Shown: piece after piece, positions 18,401 to 27,294 of the stretch
How the letters are laid out: every line of letters starts with the position of its first letter
Numbering within the stretch: position 1 is the first letter of the stretch
The notes under the pieces: generated by a model
Databases searched by the model: none
What the model was told of the DNA's origin: nothing
What the model saw: only the letters and a program-made list of their open reading frames with translations
Assembly (NCBI GenBank): GCA_947085205.1
Contig: CAMTVO010000054.1
Coordinates: 1 to 31,130 of the forward strand
From: an uncultured Nitrospiraceae bacterium
GTDB lineage: Bacteria > Nitrospirota > Thermodesulfovibrionia > Thermodesulfovibrionales > Dissulfurispiraceae
DNA: 31,130 nt
Reading direction: 5' to 3'
Made by a program: the position numbers and the translations under genes

Positions 18401-18938
18401 AGAAGTTCTCGGGGCCGAGAATGTGCTTGTACTGAAGGGCGGCCTCTCGCGCCCTCTCCATCTGGCCGTACTGAAGGTAATAAGGGACTTCTCCTTTTAA
18501 ACATGCGGTCAGCCCGATTAGCCCGCCGCTGTATTGCTCGAGGAGGTCTTTGTCTATCCTCGGCTTGTAATAAAAGCCTTCAAGATACGCCTTTGTAACG
18601 AGGGTTGTAAGATTCTTATACCCGGCGCTGTCCTTTGCAAGCAGGATAAGATGGAATGCCGCCTCTTCTGAAAGACCGTTGTCTATGGTCGTCTTTGACC
18701 TGTCAAAGCGGCTGTTCGGCGCGACATAGACCTCGCAGCCGATAATCGGCTTTATGCCTCTCTTTGTCGCCTTTTTATAAAAGTCGATAACGCCGAAGAG
18801 GTTGCCGTGGTCGGTGATGGCAACAGCAGGCATTTTATAGGCAGCAGCCTGCTCAACAAGCTCATCAATCTTTATTGCGCCGTCCAAAAGGCTGTATTCA
18901 CTATGCAGATGGAGGGGGACAAAATCAGAGTGTTGCAT
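15480..18938 (-). CDS. dnaE: DNA polymerase III alpha subunit
   Basis: PHP HLHSEYSLLDG, GRGSAAGS, PDIDVDF, KFDFLGL, YGFNKSH, OB-fold; start set at MQHSDF. Confidence 0.97.
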   Translation of the reverse strand: MQHSDFVPLHLHSEYSLLDGAIKIDELVEQAAAYKMPAVAITDHGNLFGVIDFYKKATKRGIKPIIGCEVYVAPNSRFDRSKTTIDNGLSEEAAFHLILLAKDSAGYKNLTTLVTKAYLEGFYYKPRIDKDLLEQYSGGLIGLTACLKGEVPYYLQYGQMERAREAALQYKHILGPENFFFEIQHNGMPEQEDVNKKLIELSQEIHVPIVATNDCHYLRKDDARAHDILLCIQTGKTVKDEKRLRMSTEEFYFKSPDEMKYAFRETSEAILNTRMIAERCNLDFVLGKSMLPKYELPNGISPDSYLDELSLSGIKAKFKGNPPQNYMDRLKLELRVIRKMGYSSYFLIVWDFISYARKNGIPVGPGRGSAAGSLVAYCLDITEIDPIKYNLLFERFLNPERISMPDIDVDFCKDRRGEVINYVSEKYGNDHVAQIITFGTMAAKAAIRDVGRVMGIPYAEVDKIAKLVPVHNIDIDDALKIEPQLKELYNSNPTIKELLDIAKRLEGLSRHASTHAAGVVISPEPLTDFTALYKNPSEESITTQFDMGSVESVGLLKFDFLGLKTLTVLEKTLEFIKQQGKGIVLSEIPLGDEITYRLLSSGETTGIFQLESSGMRDILVRMQPNRFEDLIALVALYRPGPMAWIDDFIKRKNGETKVEYEMPQLKEILNETYGIIIYQEQVMMIANKIANFSMGQADILRRAMGKKKQEEMEEQKEVFVKGAVANGFHEGKARRLFEIMEPFARYGFNKSHSAAYAYLAYQTAYLKANYPVEFMTANLSADMGDTDKVVKLINECRNMSIDILPPDINESEREFKIAGNSVRFGLEAVKGVGTAAIEIMLQERQNGFFQSFDEFLSRIDNKKVNKKVVESLIKAGAFDSLYKGSNALSVMGNESDNRDTSRITHYASPNYARAKAIDTLAASSKANGFGPGLFGDSGIMADTVRPWDESALLSYEKDALGFYISGHPLTRYRRTLSAMDVIQLSDVEDKDERADICAAGIISEMKSRVKEKGVTAYLTLEDETGTSEILVFPDIYKKSADLLKKGNIVMIKGQVFKSEKGAKVMARNIQSLTDMEISMRYEVDLKCDNIEETTEKLRAIKKFMEETRNGKDKVAFKFYLPDYCVIIASQLQPCGNFAAEVERITGVKVTIS
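16214..16285. repeat. Palindromic heptamer insertion inside dnaE
   Basis: GTGATGC GTAATGC GTGATAC GTGATGT -16 nt- TCATTAC CCATTAC TGATAAC GCATTAC; 72 nt, frame preserved. Confidence 0.8.
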
Positions 18939-18992
18939 AAAAAATATTAACTTCATAGAGAGGGTTAAGTCAAATTATGGTATCCTTTGTTT
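18939..18992. promoter_or_regulatory. Back-to-back promoters for dnaE and cysC-like gene
   Basis: Minus strand TTGACT (18973-18968)-18 nt-TAATAT-5 nt-ATG; plus strand TGgTATCCT (18978-18986)-6 nt-ATG. Confidence 0.55.
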
Positions 18993-19541
18993 ATGAATGG
19001 TCTCGTCCTATGGATAACGGGTCTGCCTGGAAGCGGCAAGAGCACAATTGCAGAGGGCATTAAGAGCCGCTTCCCCGAATTTGTTATTCTCAGGATGGAC
19101 GAATTAAGGAAAGTCGTAACGCCGGCGCCTACATACTCTGAATCGGAAAGGGAGATGGTCTACAGGGCCATTGTCTATGCGGCAAAGACACTTTCAGAGA
19201 ATGGCCACAATGTCATCATCGATGCCACAGGGAATATGAGGAGATGGAGGGATCTGGCAAGGGAACTCATCCCAAACTTTGCCGAGATTTACCTGAAATG
19301 CTCCATCGATGTCTGCGAGGAGAGGGAACTATATCGGAAAGAAAGACACGGAGCTCCAAAGGGCATTTATAAGAAAGGAAAGGCCGGATGGCCTGTACCT
19401 GGGGTTCGTGTCCCATACGAGGAGCCTTTAAGTCCCGAGTTAACAATACAAACAGATAAATTCTCGCTGGAAGAAGCATTGACTGTGATTAGTGAATTTT
19501 TGACGAGAAACAAAAAAATAAAAAAATATCAGGCGTGTTAA
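18993..19541 (+). CDS. Adenylyl-sulfate kinase-like P-loop kinase
   Basis: WITGLPGSGKST, PKGIY, PYEEP; canonical LDGD replaced by LRMD, so substrate is uncertain. Confidence 0.75.
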   Translation: MNGLVLWITGLPGSGKSTIAEGIKSRFPEFVILRMDELRKVVTPAPTYSESEREMVYRAIVYAAKTLSENGHNVIIDATGNMRRWRDLARELIPNFAEIYLKCSIDVCEERELYRKERHGAPKGIYKKGKAGWPVPGVRVPYEEPLSPELTIQTDKFSLEEALTVISEFLTRNKKIKKYQAC

Positions 19542-19574
19542 AATAATCTGTTTTTATTCTGTGAGGAGGTTTGT

Positions 19575-20126
19575 ATGGATAAGTTTTTTATCAATAAAGA
19601 CAATGCGGTACTTGTGATTATAGATATTCAGGACAGGCTTGCTTCGGTAATGAAAGCGAAGGATGATGTTATTAAAAACTGCCTTCATATCGTCGAGCTT
19701 TCAAAGATGTTGAACATTCCCATAGTCCTGACCGAGCAGTATCCAAACGGGCTCGGCCCGACTGTAGCTGAGATAAAAGAACAACTGCCTTTATATCATC
19801 CAATAGAAAAGCTATCCTTCAACTGTTGCGAGGAGCCGAATTTTTTAAATGAAATAAAAAGGCTGAACAAAAAGGCACTGATTTTAACAGGCATGGAGAC
19901 CCACATATGCGTGCTCCAGACATGCATAGGGCTTTTAAATGAAGGATACAACGTCCATCTTGTTAGGGATGCTGTATGTTCAAGGGCTAAAGAAAACTGG
20001 AAGACAGGTATAGAATTCATGCGCGACGCAGGCGCTGTTGTAACATGCACAGAAACGGTTTTATTTCAACTGTTAAAGGTTGCTGGCACTGAGGAGTTTA
20101 AGGCCATTTCGAAGAGGGTTAAGTGA
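19575..20126 (+). CDS. Isochorismatase-family hydrolase
   Basis: [43 protein letters not shown]. Confidence 0.92.
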   Translation: MDKFFINKDNAVLVIIDIQDRLASVMKAKDDVIKNCLHIVELSKMLNIPIVLTEQYPNGLGPTVAEIKEQLPLYHPIEKLSFNCCEEPNFLNEIKRLNKKALILTGMETHICVLQTCIGLLNEGYNVHLVRDAVCSRAKENWKTGIEFMRDAGAVVTCTETVLFQLLKVAGTEEFKAISKRVK

Positions 20127-22131
20127 GCTTTACACCGACCTTCAACATCCTCTCCTTCAGTTCCTTTATCCTGTCCCGTATCTGAGCCGCGCGTTCGAAG
20201 TCAAGGGTCTTCGCCGCCTCTTTCATCTCCGCATCGAGCTTCTTGATGATATCTTCGCTTAATTCATATTCCGCCTTTTCTTCCGCTGCCATAGGAACCG
20301 TAAAATAGTCCGACTCGTAGATAGAGCTTAAGATATCCTTTATCCCGCTTTTAACGGTTTCAGGGGTTATCTTCATTTTTTTGTTGTATGCCGATTGTAT
20401 TTTCCTTCTCCTCTCTGTCTCGTCCAGAGCCTTTTTCATCGAGCGGGTTATAGTGTCTGCATAAAGGATTACCTCTCCGTTTATATTCCTCGCTGCGCGG
20501 CCCGCAGTCTGTATCAACGACCTTTCGGAGCGTAGAAACCCCTCCTTGTCCGCGTCGAATATTGCTACGAGGGAGACTTCAGGGAGGTCTAACCCTTCCC
20601 TCAGCAGATTAACGCCTATCAGCACGTCGAATTCTCCCATTCTCAGGTCTCTAAGTATCTCTATTCTTTGAAGGGTGTCGATGTCCGAATGCAGATACCT
20701 TGCCTTCACTCCAAGTTCCGTATAGTAATCGGTTAAATCTTCCGCCATCTTTTTTGTGAGAGTTGTAACCAGTATCCTCTCGCCTTTTTCCGCTCTTTTT
20801 CTTATCTCTCCGAGCAGGTCGTCCACCTGTCCCTTCACCGGCCGCACCGTCATATTCGGATCCATAAGCCCTGTAGGCCTTATTACCTGCTCCACAATTA
20901 TTCCTTCCGATTTGATCATTTCGTAATCGGCGGGGGTTGCGGATACGTATATAACCTGATTTGCCCTGTGCTCGAATTCGTCGAACTTTAACGGCCTGTT
21001 GTCGAGCGCGGACGGAAGCCTGAAGCCGTAATCAATGAGGGTCTGCTTTCTTGAACGGTCACCGGCATACATGCCCCCGATCTGGGGAACCGTGGCGTGG
21101 GATTCGTCTATTACCATAAGATAGTCCCCGTTTGAAGGCCCGCTGATAAGGTAATCGATCAATGTATACGGCGGCTCTCCTGGGAGTCTTCCGCTTAAGT
21201 GCCTCGAATAATTCTCTATTCCGTGGCAATAACCGAATTCTTTCAGCATCTCCATGTCGAACCTTGTCCTCTGCTCGATTCTCTGCGCGTAAAGCATTTC
21301 TCCTGCGTTCCTGAACCGGCGCATCCTATCTTCAAGCTCTTTTTCTATGCCTTTAAACGCCTTTTGGAGTTTCGGCTTCGGGGTTATCCAGTGGCTGTTC
21401 GGGTAAATCGAGAGCCTCCCGAGCCTTTTTATTCTTTCGCCTGTCAGGGTGTCGAATTCGTGCAATGCATCTATGTCATCTCCGAAAAACTCTATCCTTA
21501 TCGCCCTATCCTGAGAGAATGCCGGATAGACCTCAACTATATCTCCCCTCACCCTGAAGTTCCCCCGCTTAAATTCTGTATCGGAGCGCACATAAAGCAT
21601 TTCAACAAGTCTTTTGAGGAGTTCATCCCTCTTTGTTCTCATTCCTTCTTCGATGAAGAGATGCATTCCAAGATAATCTTCAGGAGAGCCTATCCCGTAA
21701 ATGCATGAAACCGATGCAACGACTATTACATCAGTCCTTTCGAGGATTGACATTGTTGCAGAATGCCTAAGCCTGTCTATGTCGTCATTTATCATGGCAT
21801 CTTTTTCTATGTAAGTATCTGTTGTCGGTATATACGCTTCTGGCTGGTAATAGTCGTAATAACTGACAAAAAATTCTACTGCATTGTCCGGAAACAGTTC
21901 CTTGAATTCTCCGTATAGCTGCGCTGCAAGCGTTTTGTTGTGGGCTATAACAAGGGTCGGTTTATTTACATTTGCAATGACATTTGCCACCGTAAAGGTC
22001 TTCCCGGAGCCTGTAACTCCTAAAAGCGTCTGATGCTTAAGTCCTTTGTTTATCCCTTCTGTAAGCTCATAAATAGCCTTCGGCTGGTCGCCTTTTGGCG
22101 TGAAGCCTGTTTTTAGTTTAAATTCATCCAT
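20119..22131 (-). CDS. uvrB: Excinuclease ABC subunit B
   Basis: [23 protein letters not shown]-terminal UVR domain ([10 protein letters not shown]). Confidence 0.98.
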   Translation of the reverse strand: MDEFKLKTGFTPKGDQPKAIYELTEGINKGLKHQTLLGVTGSGKTFTVANVIANVNKPTLVIAHNKTLAAQLYGEFKELFPDNAVEFFVSYYDYYQPEAYIPTTDTYIEKDAMINDDIDRLRHSATMSILERTDVIVVASVSCIYGIGSPEDYLGMHLFIEEGMRTKRDELLKRLVEMLYVRSDTEFKRGNFRVRGDIVEVYPAFSQDRAIRIEFFGDDIDALHEFDTLTGERIKRLGRLSIYPNSHWITPKPKLQKAFKGIEKELEDRMRRFRNAGEMLYAQRIEQRTRFDMEMLKEFGYCHGIENYSRHLSGRLPGEPPYTLIDYLISGPSNGDYLMVIDESHATVPQIGGMYAGDRSRKQTLIDYGFRLPSALDNRPLKFDEFEHRANQVIYVSATPADYEMIKSEGIIVEQVIRPTGLMDPNMTVRPVKGQVDDLLGEIRKRAEKGERILVTTLTKKMAEDLTDYYTELGVKARYLHSDIDTLQRIEILRDLRMGEFDVLIGVNLLREGLDLPEVSLVAIFDADKEGFLRSERSLIQTAGRAARNINGEVILYADTITRSMKKALDETERRRKIQSAYNKKMKITPETVKSGIKDILSSIYESDYFTVPMAAEEKAEYELSEDIIKKLDAEMKEAAKTLDFERAAQIRDRIKELKERMLKVGVKLT

Positions 22132-22138
22132 AGCTTTA

Positions 22139-22153
22139 TGTTAAAATATTCTA
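22139..22153. promoter_or_regulatory. Abutting opposite -10 boxes for purF and uvrB
   Basis: Plus strand TGtTAAAAT (22139-22147); minus strand TAGAAT (22153-22148). Confidence 0.35.
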
Positions 22154-22205
22154 CTAAAAAGAGAAAAGAGAGCCGAACTTAATGAAAATAAAAAATTGTC
22201 GGCCT

Positions 22206-23612
22206 ATGATAAATTTTCATGACATCCACGAAGAATGCGGCGTCTTCGGAGTCTACGGACATCCTGAAGCAGCCAATCTCACCTATTTGGGACTCTATGC
22301 CCTTCAGCACCGCGGACAAGAAGGCGCAGGCATATGCTCGTCAGACAGAAAAGGCCTTTATATCGAAAAATCTTTAGGACTTGTTGCAGATATATTCTCA
22401 GAAAAGAGGATAAAGCGCCTTCCGGGCGACATAGCAATAGGACATAACAGGTATTCTACAGCCGGAGGCGGCGGACTTAAGAATGTCCAGCCCCTCATGG
22501 CAAATTATGCCCTCGGTTCTATAGCTGTGGCGCATAATGGAAATCTCGTGAATGCGGAGCAGATGAAGAAAGAGCTCGAAGGCGAGGGCGCCATATTCCA
22601 GTCAACATCAGACAGCGAGGTAGTCCTCCATCTAATAGCAAGGTCGAAGAGCGATAATCCCTATGAACGTATAGTTGACGCTGTCAGCAGTGTGAACGGC
22701 GCATTCAGCCTGCTTTTTTTAAGAGAATCTGAGCTCATAGCCGTCAGAGACCCTTTCGGTGTAAGGCCCCTTTCCATCGGTCGGGTAGACGGCGCATATA
22801 TAGTCGCTTCTGAGACCTGCGCCTTTGACCTCAATGGAGCGGACTACATCAGGGATGTGGAGCCTGGAGAGATGATAGTCATAAACCACAACGGCCTGCA
22901 TTCCATCAAGGCATTGCAGAGCTATAGAAAGGCATTCTGTGTATTTGAGTTTATCTATTTTGCCCGTCCGGACAGTTACATCTTCGACCACATATGCGTT
23001 AATACTATGAGAAAGGAATTCGGCAGGCAGCTTGCGAGAGAGTCAATGGTGGATGCCGATATCGTAATACCCGTCCCTGATTCTGGAGTTCCTGCTGCCA
23101 TCGGTTTTGCAGAAGAAGGCAGGATACCGTTTGATTTCGGCCTTATAAGGAACCATTATATTGGAAGGACATTTATAGAGCCGAAGCAGAGCATAAGACA
23201 CTTCGGCGTAAAGATAAAGCTAAATCCCGTGAGAGATCTCCTGAAGGGTAAAAGAGTTGTGGTTGTGGATGACTCCATAGTCAGAGGAACAACGAGCAAA
23301 AAAATAGTGAAGATGATAAGGGAGGTGGGTGGCGCAAAAGATGTTCACATGAGGATATGCTCTCCGCCTACTGTAGGTCCTTGCTTTTACGGAATAGACA
23401 CGCCCACAAGACATGAACTCATCGCATCGAGCCACATGACAGAGGAGATAAGGAAATATATCACTGCCGACAGCCTTTCGTATCTGAGCATTGAGGGACT
23501 GAAGAAAATCATTCCCAATCCCGAAAACTACTGCACAGCATGCTTTGACAACAATTATCCTATCCAGTTCCCCGGAGAAAGGCTTGAACAGATAGAGTTG
23601 GTGTTTGCATGA
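22206..23612 (+). CDS. purF: Amidophosphoribosyltransferase
   Basis: Propeptide then [23 protein letters not shown], Fe-S cysteines (PCFYGID, CTAC); exact start uncertain. Confidence 0.97.
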   Translation: MINFHDIHEECGVFGVYGHPEAANLTYLGLYALQHRGQEGAGICSSDRKGLYIEKSLGLVADIFSEKRIKRLPGDIAIGHNRYSTAGGGGLKNVQPLMANYALGSIAVAHNGNLVNAEQMKKELEGEGAIFQSTSDSEVVLHLIARSKSDNPYERIVDAVSSVNGAFSLLFLRESELIAVRDPFGVRPLSIGRVDGAYIVASETCAFDLNGADYIRDVEPGEMIVINHNGLHSIKALQSYRKAFCVFEFIYFARPDSYIFDHICVNTMRKEFGRQLARESMVDADIVIPVPDSGVPAAIGFAEEGRIPFDFGLIRNHYIGRTFIEPKQSIRHFGVKIKLNPVRDLLKGKRVVVVDDSIVRGTTSKKIVKMIREVGGAKDVHMRICSPPTVGPCFYGIDTPTRHELIASSHMTEEIRKYITADSLSYLSIEGLKKIIPNPENYCTACFDNNYPIQFPGERLEQIELVFA

Positions 23613-23613
23613 G

Positions 23614-24744
23614 ATGATCACCAATACCATCCGCTCAATCTATAAAGTCAATCTCGTCGTTAAAAAAGATGAAAGGGTCTTCGTGTTTACTGATAGAATT
23701 GCGCCTTCAGAAGTTCTCCACGAAAGCGACCTTTGCAGGCGTGAAAGGCTGCGGGATATTGCATTATTGACAACAGAAATCGGAAAGGCGTTCACAAAAA
23801 AGATAATCTATTACGAATACATTGCCACAGGAAGCCACGGAGCAGAGCCGCCGGAGGAGTTGTGGAATTTGGCCTTTGGAGAAAAGGCTTTAAAGGAATT
23901 AAAGAAATTCAGGTTGTTACAGCCGCTTCTCAAAAAAGAGATTACTGATAAAGGAATTAAAAAGGCGGAAACCATTATTGAGAGACATAAGAAATCCGCT
24001 GTTAATGCAGTAATCGCCCTTTCAAACTATTCCACGAGCCATACGCGATTCAGGGATTTTTTGACGAGGGTCTGCGGCTGCCGCTATGCAAGCATGCCGA
24101 TATTTGAAGTCTCGATGCTCGAAAGTTCCATGAATATCGACTGGACGGTATTGTTCAAGAGAACCAAATCCATAGCAAAGATTGTCAACACTGCCGAAAC
24201 CATAGAAATTAAAACACCAAACGGCACTCACATCACCATGTCAAAAAAAGGCAGGAATGCATTGTCTGATGACGGCATACTCACAAACCAAGGGTCATTC
24301 GGCAATCTGCCTGCTGGTGAGGTCTTCCTTGCGCCTGTTGAAGGAACTGCAAACGGCAAGCTTGTTCTTGAATGGGCGCCTACGAGGGAGTTGAAATCGC
24401 CAATAATCATGATTGTCAAGGAAGGCATTGTAACAGAAGTTGTCGGCGATGAGCCTTATGCTGACTATCTCAGAACAAAGCTTAATGAGCGGGAGGAAAA
24501 CAGAAATATCGCAGAATTAGGCATAGGAACAAACGATAGGGCAAAAAGGCCTGACAATATCCTCGAGTCGGAAAAGATTTTAGGCACAATACATATTGCC
24601 CTCGGAGACAACAGTTCCTTTGGAGGTAAGGTAAGAACGCCGTTTCATCAGGATTTTGTTTTTTTCAAGCCGACGGTCATGCTCAAAACAAAAGAAAACC
24701 GTTGTATCTCGCTGCTAAAAAACGGCATTTTGACTTTGAAATAA
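23614..24744 (+). CDS. Aminopeptidase, M29/thermophilic metalloprotease-like
   Basis: GNLPAGEVFLAP, AELGIGTN, ESEKILGTIHIALGDN, HQD. Confidence 0.8.
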   Translation: MITNTIRSIYKVNLVVKKDERVFVFTDRIAPSEVLHESDLCRRERLRDIALLTTEIGKAFTKKIIYYEYIATGSHGAEPPEELWNLAFGEKALKELKKFRLLQPLLKKEITDKGIKKAETIIERHKKSAVNAVIALSNYSTSHTRFRDFLTRVCGCRYASMPIFEVSMLESSMNIDWTVLFKRTKSIAKIVNTAETIEIKTPNGTHITMSKKGRNALSDDGILTNQGSFGNLPAGEVFLAPVEGTANGKLVLEWAPTRELKSPIIMIVKEGIVTEVVGDEPYADYLRTKLNEREENRNIAELGIGTNDRAKRPDNILESEKILGTIHIALGDNSSFGGKVRTPFHQDFVFFKPTVMLKTKENRCISLLKNGILTLK

Positions 24745-25083
24745 ATGGTTATCACAAGAAAGAGAATTATCCTGACAATAGGGATAGGCTGTATCCTCTG
24801 GGGATATTATCAGCTTTTTGCAGTGGATGCCGACGAGTCACTTATCAACAAGCAGGTTACTGTATTAACTGAAAAGGGAGAATTGAAAGGGAAGGTAATC
24901 GCCGTTAAGGCCAATGCAGTGGTTATATCGTATAAAGGCAGTATTATAGAAGCGCCGAAACTTAGCGTTACTAAAATCGACGGACTGCTGGTGAATGATT
25001 ACGAGACAAGGAGGGTTCTGCTCGCAATAGGCGTTGCTTTATTAGGCGGAGTCCTTATATGGATCGCTTTATTTTTCTTATAA
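24745..25083 (+). CDS. Hypothetical membrane protein (TM, small beta domain, TM)
   Basis: 112 aa ORF abutting the upstream stop, with hydrophobic ends. Confidence 0.7.
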   Translation: MVITRKRIILTIGIGCILWGYYQLFAVDADESLINKQVTVLTEKGELKGKVIAVKANAVVISYKGSIIEAPKLSVTKIDGLLVNDYETRRVLLAIGVALLGGVLIWIALFFL

Positions 25084-25086
25084 AAA

Positions 25087-25257
25087 GAGGCTCTTGCAAA
25101 AGTCGTCATTCCCGTGCAAACGGGAATCCAGACTTGTCCCCGCAAAAGCGGGGAACTATACAAAGGAATTAGGTTCCCGTTTTCATGGGAAACCATGGAT
25201 TCCCACTTTCGTGGGAATGACAAACTCTTCTCTTTTTATGACTTTTGCAAGAGCCTC
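25087..25257. mobile_element. 171-bp miniature inverted-repeat element with nested REP/dRS3-like palindromes
   Basis: Perfect 18-bp TIR GAGGCTCTTGCAAAAGTC / GACTTTTGCAAGAGCCTC; AAAA on both flanks; ATTCCC-N8-GGGAAT within 25105-25131 and 25196-25221, plus two further hairpins. Confidence 0.88.
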
Positions 25258-25291
25258 AAAATGCAATTATTATAAGAATTCAGGAGGTATT

Positions 25292-25606
25292 ATGGAGGCA
25301 ATAGTTGTCTATATCACTGCGCCCAACGAAGACGAGGCTGCAAAGATTGCAAAGGCACTGGTGGAAGAAAGGCTTGCTGGATGTGTAAATATTGTAAAGG
25401 GGATACGTTCTATATACAGATGGCAGGGAAGGATAGAGGATGATTCGGAGGTTTTAATGATTGCAAAGACGCAAAGGCATTTATTTGAATCGTTGAAAAG
25501 AAGGGTGAAGGAGCTTCACAGTTACACTGTATCTGAGATAATCGCTATGCCCGTAATTGAAGGCTCGGAGGATTATCTCAACTGGCTGAAGGAAGTAACA
25601 GGGTAA
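25292..25606 (+). CDS. cutA: Divalent-cation tolerance protein CutA
   Basis: LVEERLAGCVN, SIYRWQG, LHSY..SEII; AGGAGG SD before MEAIVV. Confidence 0.95.
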   Translation: MEAIVVYITAPNEDEAAKIAKALVEERLAGCVNIVKGIRSIYRWQGRIEDDSEVLMIAKTQRHLFESLKRRVKELHSYTVSEIIAMPVIEGSEDYLNWLKEVTG

Positions 25607-25624
25607 TTGGCGGATATATAATCA

Positions 25625-25990
25625 TCAGCCTACTATGCGGCTGATCTGTCTTTGCCTTATCCTTTCAGGTCTTGCGCTTTCATCAGTCCTGTTTGTATTC
25701 TGATATGCCTGTATTGCACGCTTCGATTCGATATTTGTGCTCTCCTGTGTCTTTTGGTGGGCTTCTACGCCAGCTGTATTTTCAGTGTTTTTTGCGGTTT
25801 TAGCCCTCCCCTGTCCGCTAAGGGTCACCTTTACATCCTCAGAAGCAGGATTATTTCTTTCGCCTTCTCCTTTTTGCTGTACCTGCTGTTGTGGTTGATG
25901 GAATTGCTGATTTTTCTGCTTTTTCTGTATGTCATATCTCGAAACTATATCTGTCTGCAACTGGTTGTTTGTTGTCTGATTTACCGGCAT
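25625..25990 (-). CDS. Hypothetical Q/N/T-rich disordered protein
   Basis: 121 aa, AAAGGAGG SD inside the hisD 3' end, overlaps the hisD stop. Confidence 0.7.
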   Translation of the reverse strand: MPVNQTTNNQLQTDIVSRYDIQKKQKNQQFHQPQQQVQQKGEGERNNPASEDVKVTLSGQGRAKTAKNTENTAGVEAHQKTQESTNIESKRAIQAYQNTNRTDESARPERIRQRQISRIVG

Positions 25991-27273
25991 TTTAAACCTC
26001 CTTTCACCCTTCTTATCCTGATTGTATTACCGTGTGCCTCAAGCCCTTCGATGTCAGCAATCGCCTCTACGGTATCTGATAAAAGCATAAACCCTTTTTT
26101 ATTAAATTGCAAGAGGCTTGTCCTTTTGATGAAATCATAGACTCCGAGAGGAGAAGAAAACCTTGCAGTGCCTCCTGTGGGGAGTGTATGGTTAGGACCT
26201 GCCGAGTAATCGCCGAGAGGCTCCGGAGTCCACTGTCCAAGAAATACAGCGCCTGCATTTTTTACCATTTCCACATCTCTTTCAGGATGGCGCGTCATTA
26301 TCTCAAGATGTTCAGGCGCGATCTCGTTTGTTATATTGACAGCTTCTTTTATGCTCTTTGTCTTGATTACAGCCCCGAATTTCCTCAGAGATTTCTTTGC
26401 TATTTCTTTTCTTTTAAGATTTTTCATCTGTATATTTAATTCGTTAATAACCTCTTCTGCAATGCCTTCCGAATTTGTTATTAATATGCTTGACGCAAGC
26501 TCATCGTGCTCTGCCTGACTGAGCATGTCCGCGGCTGCAAAGGCTGGATTTGCGGTCTCATCGGCGATTATCAGTATCTCGCTCGGACCTGCAATCATGT
26601 CTATATCCACCTCTCCAAAGACCATTTTTTTTGCGAGTGCAACATAAATATTTCCCGGTCCAACAATCTTGTCAACATTTCTTATGCTTTCTGTCCCGTA
26701 TGCCATTGCGCCTACTGCCTGAGCGCCTCCGACCCTGTAAACCTCTTTCACGCCGAGCAGCTCTATTGCCGCCATAACATACGGATTTATCTCTCCCATT
26801 GGAGTGGGAACACATAAGCATATCTCTTTAACTCCGGCTGCCTGCGCTGGGATGACACTCATCAATACGGTAGATGGGTATGATGCCTTTCCTCCGGGGA
26901 CATAAACGCCTGCCCTCTCGATTGGCCTGATTATCTGTCCAAGCAATGCCCCGTCTTTTTTAAATGACCACGATTTCTCTTTTTGCCTCTCGTGAAAGTC
27001 ACATATCTTTTTTGCGGATATTTCAAGTGCCTTAATTATCTTTTTATCCGCTTTTTTGGCATGGTTTCTAATTTCGGCAGTTTTGAGTCTCAGAAGCAGG
27101 TTGTGTTTATCGAATCTGGCAGTGTATTTTTTAAGTGCAGAATCCCCGTTTTCCTTTACATCAGCGAGAATGCCTTTTACCGAACTTTCTATTTCAGGAC
27201 TGACGCCAAAAGCCCTTTTCCTGAGGAGTTTCAGGAATGATGCTATTTCCTTTTGATTTCTGAGAACTTTCAT
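25981..27273 (-). CDS. hisD: Histidinol dehydrogenase
   Basis: YVPGG, GPGNIYV, AGPSE, SQAEHD, APEHL, GPNHTLPT. Confidence 0.97.
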   Translation of the reverse strand: MKVLRNQKEIASFLKLLRKRAFGVSPEIESSVKGILADVKENGDSALKKYTARFDKHNLLLRLKTAEIRNHAKKADKKIIKALEISAKKICDFHERQKEKSWSFKKDGALLGQIIRPIERAGVYVPGGKASYPSTVLMSVIPAQAAGVKEICLCVPTPMGEINPYVMAAIELLGVKEVYRVGGAQAVGAMAYGTESIRNVDKIVGPGNIYVALAKKMVFGEVDIDMIAGPSEILIIADETANPAFAAADMLSQAEHDELASSILITNSEGIAEEVINELNIQMKNLKRKEIAKKSLRKFGAVIKTKSIKEAVNITNEIAPEHLEIMTRHPERDVEMVKNAGAVFLGQWTPEPLGDYSAGPNHTLPTGGTARFSSPLGVYDFIKRTSLLQFNKKGFMLLSDTVEAIADIEGLEAHGNTIRIRRVKGGLKCR

Positions 27274-27281
27274 GGTTAAAA

Positions 27282-27290
27282 ATTATACCA
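27282..27290 (-). promoter_or_regulatory. Extended -10 promoter of hisD
   Basis: Perfect TGgTATAAT 8 nt before ATG in the 21-bp acs-hisD gap; no SD. Confidence 0.65.
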
Positions 27291-27294
27291 TTTC

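Noticed and set aside
15480..18938. Intein or split dnaE
   Set aside because: Normal length, no C...HN/C splice motifs; the only insert is the short heptamer palindrome.
25094..25291. N-terminal extension of CutA (170 aa ORF) and opposite ORF 24999..25223
   Set aside because: Read-through of the palindromic element; the real start has an AGGAGG SD at 25292.
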